A stretch of DNA of 32,000 nucleotides from an uncultured archaeon (lineage in GTDB: Archaea > Asgardarchaeota > Lokiarchaeia > Sigyniarchaeales > Promethearchaeaceae): contig CAYRPF010000009.1 in NCBI GenBank assembly GCA_964426185.1, forward strand, positions 1-32,000. Reading direction: 5' to 3'. The notes under the pieces were generated by a model, which had not been told where the DNA came from, searched no databases, and saw nothing but the letters and a program-made list of their open reading frames with translations. Below, piece after piece: positions 25,718 through 32,000 of the stretch. Positions within the stretch are counted from its first letter, which is position 1. The number at the start of each line of letters is the position of its first letter. Both the position numbers and the translations under genes were made by a program.

Positions 25718-26776
25718 TTGGTGACAACAATCTTTCCTTCATTTTCTGAAGAAAAACTTCTTGAACAAATACTTCATCATCAAATTATTTCAATTATTGG
25801 ATTAGGGAAAAATGTAGGAAAAACTACTACTCTAAATTATTTAATTAATTTACTTAGTCCTAATCAAAAAATTGCGGTTACCTCGATTGGAAGAGATGGA
25901 GAAAAATACGATGAAGTTTTTGGAACTCCTAAACCCAGAATTTATATTAATGAAGGAACTATTTTGGCTTTAGCCCGAAATTCTCTTGAAAATAGTGATA
26001 TCTCTATAGAAATTCTTGAATCCACTATGATCAATACTCCATTGGGAAATATTATAATTGTTCGTGCTTTAAGTGCAGGATATGTTGAACTTACTGGGCC
26101 TTCCACTAGTCATGAATTGAAAAAAGTCTTCAATATTTTTCAGCAATTTGGTTCAGAGATAATTTTGGTGGATGGTGCTGTTAATCGAAGGAGTTTTGCT
26201 TCGCCCATCATAACCAACGCAACCATTTTGGCTACAGGTGCTTCCATTTCCCCAAATTTTGATGAAATTATTCTTGAAACAGAGTTTTTTGCAAAAATTC
26301 TAACGATTCCTGCTTTAGAAAAGACAAGAATCAAAAAATTAGTAGATCAAATCCCGAAAATAGGCATTATAAACGAAGATAATAATGTAATCTCATTTTC
26401 GGTTCAAAGTTCACTGGATCTCCCGGATTCAATGTTAGAACTTATTGATGAAAAAACACGCTATTTCATTGTAAAGGGAGTATTTTCCAATTCCCTTTTA
26501 GATAAACTATTCTCCACTATTTCGCCCCACCAACCACTTACGATTGTTATTCCAGATAGTACCAAAATCTTTTTGGATCGAAATCGTTTCAATCTCCTTC
26601 AAAAAACTAAATGGGAACTAAAAGTTTTAAAAGCTATAAGACTACTCTGTATTACCGTTAACCCCACGTCTCCTTTAGGTTATGAATTTAATCGAACATT
26701 GCTCTTGCAAGAACTTCGTAGAAGGATTTCCGTTCCTATTTTTGATGTATATCAAGGATTTGAAAATGAAAAATAA
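25718..26776 (+). CDS. kamB: KamB-type P-loop accessory protein of lysine 5,6-aminomutase
   Basis: SIIGLGKNVGKTT, TSIGRDGE, TPLG, LVDGA.NR.S, NPTSP; position between kamA and kamC. Confidence 0.8.
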   Translation: MVTTIFPSFSEEKLLEQILHHQIISIIGLGKNVGKTTTLNYLINLLSPNQKIAVTSIGRDGEKYDEVFGTPKPRIYINEGTILALARNSLENSDISIEILESTMINTPLGNIIIVRALSAGYVELTGPSTSHELKKVFNIFQQFGSEIILVDGAVNRRSFASPIITNATILATGASISPNFDEIILETEFFAKILTIPALEKTRIKKLVDQIPKIGIINEDNNVISFSVQSSLDLPDSMLELIDEKTRYFIVKGVFSNSLLDKLFSTISPHQPLTIVIPDSTKIFLDRNRFNLLQKTKWELKVLKAIRLLCITVNPTSPLGYEFNRTLLLQELRRRISVPIFDVYQGFENEK

Positions 26777-26784
26777 CCAAAAAA

Positions 26785-28362
26785 TTGATTAATATGCCGA
26801 CTTTAACACCTATTCCGTTGAATCCCCGAGAAAAGCAAGTTATTGGGTGGAATTTTATAATGCAACAACTTTCACCTGAAACACCTTATGGAAATACACT
26901 AAAAGCAAATACAGGAATCTATTCATCGGAGGATCGACAAGAATTATTGGAGGAATTCGAGAATATCGCATATATGATTAAGAGTTTGCAAAATTCAGCA
27001 AGTATCCATGAAAAATTAGGATATGAGTTGATAAAACTTAAAGATATTCGACCCATATTGCGCAAGCTTCAAAGTAATCAAAATTTAGATGAAGTTGACT
27101 TTTACGAGTTAAAATATACGCTATTAGTTTCCCAACGAATCATAGGTTTGTATTCTCAACTTGATCTTTCCATCAAAAATATACAATTTTCTGACTTAAG
27201 TGAATCTCTTTCAATCTTAGATCCGCAGCACACACAGCTGCCTACATTTCAGTATTACCCAGAATATTCTGATAGGCTGCAAAACATTCAGAAAGAGAAA
27301 AAATCTCTAGAAAATACCATGTTTCAGCTTCAAAAAAAAAAAACTGTAGAAAAAAAAGTCAAAAACGCTGAATTTTTAGATGAATTAGAACACCTAAAGC
27401 AAAAACGCACCCTTCTGGTTCAACAAGAACAAGCCGAAATTGGGATTATTCGCAGAAATCTTTCCCATCAATTACTCTCTTATGTTCATAATTTTAAGTC
27501 ATTAATTACTTCGCTTGGAAATTTGGATTGGCTGCTTGAAAAAGCAAAATTGGCTCTGCAGTTCAGTGGATGTCGCCCTGATATCCAAAAATTCTCAAAA
27601 AAAAAGGAGAAAATTGCATTGAAGCTAGAGGAAATGCACAATCCCTATATTGCCTCACTTCTCGCAGCCCGAAATAGATCTTTCACTTCTCTTTCAGTGC
27701 AATTCTCTCGAGGTGTTAACCTCATAACTGGGGCAAATATGGGCGGGAAAACAGTCTTACTTTACACTACCCTCTTGAATATTTTATTAGCCCATAGTGG
27801 ATTTTATGTTTTTGCAAAATCTGCAGACATACCACTAGGAGCGTTTTTCAGCAGTATTTTCACAGATAATCAAGATTTATCTCAAGGGCTCTCATCTTTC
27901 GGAGCAGAAATTGTTATGTTTAATCGTGTTCTTCTTGATCATGAGAATGAACCGGGGTTTTTATTTATTGATGAATTCGCCCGTGGAACTAATCCCTCTG
28001 AGGGTAGAATGATTTTTAAAGCCATTGTACGATATCTTCAATTTTTACCATGGATTTCGGTACTTACAACTCATTATGATATTAAACCAGAACCTAATGT
28101 ATCAAATTTTCAAGTTGTTGGGTTAAGAAACACCGATCTTTCTGCTCTCGCTCAAAAATTATCCAATATTCAAGACGATCCTTCTAGATCCGTAGCTTTA
28201 ATTCAAGATCACATGGATTATCATATAATTCCGGTGACATCTAATACCAGCATCCCTATGGATGCAATTAATATTGCCCAAATTTTAGGGTTAAAACCTG
28301 CAATAATTCAATTTGCGAAGGAATTTATTCAAAATGACCTTCATCAAAACGTGAAGGAGTAA
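26785..28362 (+). CDS. kamC: KamC, MutS-domain-V-like ATPase accessory protein
   Basis: ITGANMGGKT, GLSSFGAEI, IDEFARGTNP.EG, TTHY, VVGL; no mismatch-binding domain. Confidence 0.82.
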   Translation: MINMPTLTPIPLNPREKQVIGWNFIMQQLSPETPYGNTLKANTGIYSSEDRQELLEEFENIAYMIKSLQNSASIHEKLGYELIKLKDIRPILRKLQSNQNLDEVDFYELKYTLLVSQRIIGLYSQLDLSIKNIQFSDLSESLSILDPQHTQLPTFQYYPEYSDRLQNIQKEKKSLENTMFQLQKKKTVEKKVKNAEFLDELEHLKQKRTLLVQQEQAEIGIIRRNLSHQLLSYVHNFKSLITSLGNLDWLLEKAKLALQFSGCRPDIQKFSKKKEKIALKLEEMHNPYIASLLAARNRSFTSLSVQFSRGVNLITGANMGGKTVLLYTTLLNILLAHSGFYVFAKSADIPLGAFFSSIFTDNQDLSQGLSSFGAEIVMFNRVLLDHENEPGFLFIDEFARGTNPSEGRMIFKAIVRYLQFLPWISVLTTHYDIKPEPNVSNFQVVGLRNTDLSALAQKLSNIQDDPSRSVALIQDHMDYHIIPVTSNTSIPMDAINIAQILGLKPAIIQFAKEFIQNDLHQNVKE

Positions 28363-28370
28363 TAAACACA

Positions 28371-29963
28371 ATGGAAAACAAAACCATCAATCATAAACTA
28401 CATTTGAACTGGCAACAAGTTCAAGAAGCACGCGATTCTGCTAAAAACATAGCCAATCAAATGCAGTCATTTATTGACCGGCACACAACTGACAGTGTAG
28501 AAAGGACAGTCTGCCGATTACTCGGTATCGATGGCGTTAATAGTTTTGACGTCCCTTTACCTAATGTCGTGGTGGATAATATCAAACAAGGTAATGGATT
28601 ATCCATAGGTGCAGCCACTTACATCGGAAATGCAATGCTGGAAACCAACCTGTCTCCACAAGAAATTGCAGAACGGGTGGCTAACAATGAGTTGGATTTA
28701 ACCACATTACCCATGCATGACCAATTTGAAATTCATTTAGCTCTTCAAGAGGTTGTGCAGAAAATCCTAGACAAAATTTCCCAAAATCGCCAAAAACGGG
28801 AAGAATTGCTTCAAAAATACGGAGATAAAGAAGGGCCCTACATATATGTCATCGTTGCTACGGGAAATATTTATGAAGACGTAGTTCAGGCTGTGGCTGC
28901 TGCAAAACAAGGCGCAGATGTTATTGCAGTTATTCGGACGACTGGCCAGAGTTTAATAGATTATGTTCCTTATGGAGCCACTACAGAAGGTTTTGGAGGA
29001 ACATACGCTACCCAAGAAAATTTCCGAATTATGCGTGAAGCCTTGGATGAAGTTGGTGCAGAACTAAACCGTTATATTCGACTTTGTAACTACTGCTCTG
29101 GTTTGTGTATGCCCGAAATTGCTGCTATGGGTGCATTCGAACGCTTGGATTTTATGCTTAATGACGCCCTTTACGGGATCCTTTTTAGAGATATCAATAT
29201 GAAGCGTACTATGATAGATCAGTATTTCTCCCGTATGATCAACTCCTATGCTGGTGTGGTCATCAATACCGGTGAAGATAACTATCTAACCACCTCAGAT
29301 GCTTATGAAGAAGCCCATACAGTTCTTGCATCCCAGTTTATTAATGAGCAATTTGCCTTTTTGGCAGGTTTACCTTCAGAACAGATGGGTTTGGGTCATG
29401 CTTTTGAAATGAATCCCGGAATTGAAAACGGATTTCTGTATGAGCTGGCTCAAGCTCAGATGGCCAGAGAAATTTTTCCAAATGCACCGTTAAAATATAT
29501 GCCTCCCACAAAATTTATGACTGGAAATATCTTTCGAGGTCACATTCAAGATGCACTCTTCAATGCCGTTACCATCATGACCCAACAACGCATTTGTCTT
29601 TTAGGGATGCTCACCGAAGCCATTCATACCCCTTTCATGCAAGATAGGTATTTATCTATCGAAAATGCCAAATATATCTTCAATAATATGAAGGATTTTG
29701 GGAATGAGATTACTTTCAAACCCAACGGCATCATCGAGCAACGCGCTCAATTTGTTCTGCAAAAAGCTCGAGATTTATTGAAAGAAATTGAGAAAAAGGG
29801 GTTATTCCAAGCTCTATCTGAAGGGATCTTTGCTGGTATTAAGCGGCCAATTGATGGTGGAAGGGGTTTAAACGGAGTGATTGTCAAGGATCCCAAGTAT
29901 TACAACCCATTCATTGATCGGATGAAAGATTACCTGCAATTAACCAACGAGGAGGCAAACTAA
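28371..29963 (+). CDS. kamD: lysine 5,6-aminomutase alpha subunit
   Basis: HTT.SVERT.CRL.GIDG, YVIVATGNIYEDV, VIRTTGQSL.DYVP.GAT.EGFGGT, NYCSGLCMPEIA, KYMPPTK. Confidence 0.96.
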   Translation: MENKTINHKLHLNWQQVQEARDSAKNIANQMQSFIDRHTTDSVERTVCRLLGIDGVNSFDVPLPNVVVDNIKQGNGLSIGAATYIGNAMLETNLSPQEIAERVANNELDLTTLPMHDQFEIHLALQEVVQKILDKISQNRQKREELLQKYGDKEGPYIYVIVATGNIYEDVVQAVAAAKQGADVIAVIRTTGQSLIDYVPYGATTEGFGGTYATQENFRIMREALDEVGAELNRYIRLCNYCSGLCMPEIAAMGAFERLDFMLNDALYGILFRDINMKRTMIDQYFSRMINSYAGVVINTGEDNYLTTSDAYEEAHTVLASQFINEQFAFLAGLPSEQMGLGHAFEMNPGIENGFLYELAQAQMAREIFPNAPLKYMPPTKFMTGNIFRGHIQDALFNAVTIMTQQRICLLGMLTEAIHTPFMQDRYLSIENAKYIFNNMKDFGNEITFKPNGIIEQRAQFVLQKARDLLKEIEKKGLFQALSEGIFAGIKRPIDGGRGLNGVIVKDPKYYNPFIDRMKDYLQLTNEEAN

Positions 29964-29964
29964 A

Positions 29965-30780
29965 ATGGGCGGCGGATTATATTCTTCTCATAAAAAAGAT
30001 TTCGATACCACTCGGGATGAAACTCGATTAAAACCTTATGGTGATACCATGAATGACGGAAAGGTTCAACTCAGTTTCACTCTACCCATCAAAGATGGTG
30101 ATCGTGCTGTAGAAACGGCTCGTCAATATGTAGAAAAACTTAATATGACCGACGTTCAAGTGGTATACCATCACTCTCTGGATAAAGAATTTACCTTCTT
30201 TGTAGTTTACGCATCTGCTATTCCCACTATAGATTATTCCAGTATCCAAGTAGAAGAATTGGAAATTGAGACCATGACCATGGAAGAAACCGATAAATTC
30301 ATCGAAGAAAAATTCGGAAGAAAAATCGTTGTAATTGGCGCAACAACTGGTACAGATGCACATACAGTCGGAATAGATGCAATTATGAATATGAAAGGTT
30401 ATATGGGACATTATGGATTGGAACGCTATCGGATGATAGACGCTTATAACTTAGGCTCTCAAGTGTCGAACGAGACCTTTGTGAAAAAAGCCATCGAACT
30501 CAATACCGATGTTTTATTAGTATCCCAAACCGTAACCCAGAAAAATGTACATATTCAGAATCTAACAGAGTTGGTCGAATTAGTGGAAGCAGAGGGCATT
30601 CGAAAAGATGTGGTTTTAATTGTGGGTGGTCCTCGAATTACAAATGATTTGGCTAAAGAGTTGGGATATGATGCAGGATTTGGACCTGGAAAATACGCCG
30701 ATGATGTAGCAACCTATTTTGTGAAAGAAATCGCCAAAAGACAGAGAAAATTTGAAAAAAGTAGAAGAATTGTGAAATAA
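29965..30780 (+). CDS. kamE: lysine 5,6-aminomutase beta subunit (AdoCbl/PLP binding)
   Basis: KPYGDTMNDGKVQLSFTLP, TDAHTVG (DxHxxG), NMKG (PLP lysine), SQTVTQ, GYDAGFG.G. Confidence 0.96.
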   Translation: MGGGLYSSHKKDFDTTRDETRLKPYGDTMNDGKVQLSFTLPIKDGDRAVETARQYVEKLNMTDVQVVYHHSLDKEFTFFVVYASAIPTIDYSSIQVEELEIETMTMEETDKFIEEKFGRKIVVIGATTGTDAHTVGIDAIMNMKGYMGHYGLERYRMIDAYNLGSQVSNETFVKKAIELNTDVLLVSQTVTQKNVHIQNLTELVELVEAEGIRKDVVLIVGGPRITNDLAKELGYDAGFGPGKYADDVATYFVKEIAKRQRKFEKSRRIVK

Positions 30781-30804
30781 TTCTTTTTCTGGAATTTTTT
30801 ATTT

Positions 30805-31260
30805 TTATTCGTTGATGATTTCAAAAACCATCTTATCGATAATAGGCTTCTTAGTTTCTCTTTTATCAAAATACCAACCTACTATGTTGTTGGGTGTGAT
30901 AATTACCATTACACCGGTTGAAAGATAATTTAAAATTTGTAAATCCATATCATGTAATTCCTCTTTTCCATCAGGATGTGTGTGAAATTGCCAGACGATA
31001 TCAATCTGATCTTCTTCTTTATATTTCCTCATTTGGAATAATTTGCGTTTTTTCATGCGCATCCAAGATTTGGGTTTCTCATGTGCCTTAGCGGGATCCT
31101 TGGTTATCTCATATCCTTTGACTATCCCGAAATTTTCCTTGCGATCAGCAAATAACCATCCCGCAACAATTTTATTATTTTCTTCTTTTCCTTCTTTAGC
31201 TAAATCAATTAATTCATTATAAATTGGTTCTGGAATTAAGTATCTGAAATCAATGCTCAT
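30805..31260 (-). CDS. JAB/MPN (JAMM)-domain protein, variant motif
   Basis: I.E.IYNEL...A......V.GWL, FHTHP-x7-DMD. Confidence 0.75.
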   Translation of the reverse strand: MSIDFRYLIPEPIYNELIDLAKEGKEENNKIVAGWLFADRKENFGIVKGYEITKDPAKAHEKPKSWMRMKKRKLFQMRKYKEEDQIDIVWQFHTHPDGKEELHDMDLQILNYLSTGVMVIITPNNIVGWYFDKRETKKPIIDKMVFEIINE

Positions 31261-31355
31261 TTTTTTCTCCCAATAGTATATATATCCGATAAAAATTTAA
31301 TCTTATGATTCTGATAAAAAACTATCGTATTTAAGAAAAAAATAGAAGGAATTTT

Positions 31356-32000
31356 ATGAATAGCCAATTTAAGTTTTCTAAACCGGTTTGGGCCCAAGCT
31401 AAAGAAGAATTATTAAAAAATTTACAATCTAAACCTAAACATGGATTAAAATCAACCGATGCAAAAAGACGGTTAGAGATTGAAGGAGTAAATGAACTTC
31501 CCCCTCCGAAAGTAAATTTTTTCCGCATCTATCTCGCGCCCTTGTTTAACTGGTTGATAGTTGTCTATTTAATCGCGGCTTTGATCATGTTCATCTTTGG
31601 AATTATTACAGGAGAGGGGAATATGACCATGATTTATACCACTTTGGCCATCGTAGGACTCAATTGCGTGGTTGCAGTCGTACAACAAGCTCGGGCAGTT
31701 AAAAAACTTCGGGTATTACAAGCTTTGGCGGCGCATACTTGTATAGTAATTCGGGATTCAGTTGAGCAAGAAATTTCTTCTTCAAAGTTGGTTCCAGGAG
31801 ATGTGGTATTATTGGAAACGGGAAATAGGGTTCCTGCTGATTGTCGGATATTAGAAGCGACTAATCTCCAAGTTGATGAATCCTCCCTAACAGGCGAAAG
31901 TGAACTCGTATCCAAAAATAGTGGTGAAGCACTCTCTCTTACTTTATTATCTTCGGATCTACCGCTACAGACTCAATATAATATTTTATTTTTTGGAACA
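31356..32000 (+). CDS. P-type cation-transporting ATPase (type II-like), 5' part, runs off window
   Basis: Open frame from ATG 31356: GL....A..RL...G.NEL, two TMs, VIRD, LVPGDVV.LE.GNRVPAD.R, VDESSLTGES, N.LF.GT. Not in the supplied ORF track. Confidence 0.92.
   Translation, partial: MNSQFKFSKPVWAQAKEELLKNLQSKPKHGLKSTDAKRRLEIEGVNELPPPKVNFFRIYLAPLFNWLIVVYLIAALIMFIFGIITGEGNMTMIYTTLAIVGLNCVVAVVQQARAVKKLRVLQALAAHTCIVIRDSVEQEISSSKLVPGDVVLLETGNRVPADCRILEATNLQVDESSLTGESELVSKNSGEALSLTLLSSDLPLQTQYNILFFGT

Noticed and set aside
27332-27343. A12 run in kamC as a phase-variation tract
   Set aside because: In frame (QKKKT); long A runs are common in this AT-rich sequence
26785-28362. DNA mismatch repair MutS/MutS2
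   Set aside because: Only the ATPase-like part is present; position matches kamC
18650-31300. Integrated mobile element at tRNA-Ser
   Set aside because: No integrase, transposase or duplicated tRNA 3' end seen within the window
31331-31915. Two minus-strand ORFs (65 and 93 aa)
   Set aside because: Antisense shadows of the P-type ATPase frame starting at 31356

Overview
AT-rich archaeal chromosome segment, most likely from an Asgard (Lokiarchaeia-like) archaeon. This is inferred from PAN, aNAC, aMBF1, MfnA, a Rab-like GTPase and small zinc-ribbon proteins. The left part (1-18.6 kb) holds proteostasis/translation genes (pcm-like, pan, PUA, nac, and later mbf1, hflX, tRNA-Ser-GCT). Between them lie a Rab-like GTPase with an NPF-rich disordered tail, an EamA-RAM transporter operon with two stand-alone RAM domains, an FGGY kinase, a UvrD-like helicase and mfnA. 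The right part (18.9-30.8 kb) is a bacterial-type lysine fermentation cluster (kat, kce, kdd, kamABCDE) enclosing an Lrp regulator coupled to an apparently dead PepD homologue. A variant JAMM protein and the start of a P-type ATPase follow. The strongest unexplained signal is two homologous, apparently structured intergenic elements: about 3150-3390 on + and about 16200-16375 on -. They share collinear conserved blocks and G.U-biased stems and match no RNA class I recognise, so they are a candidate new ncRNA or repeat family. All calls come from reading motifs by eye; no searches were run.
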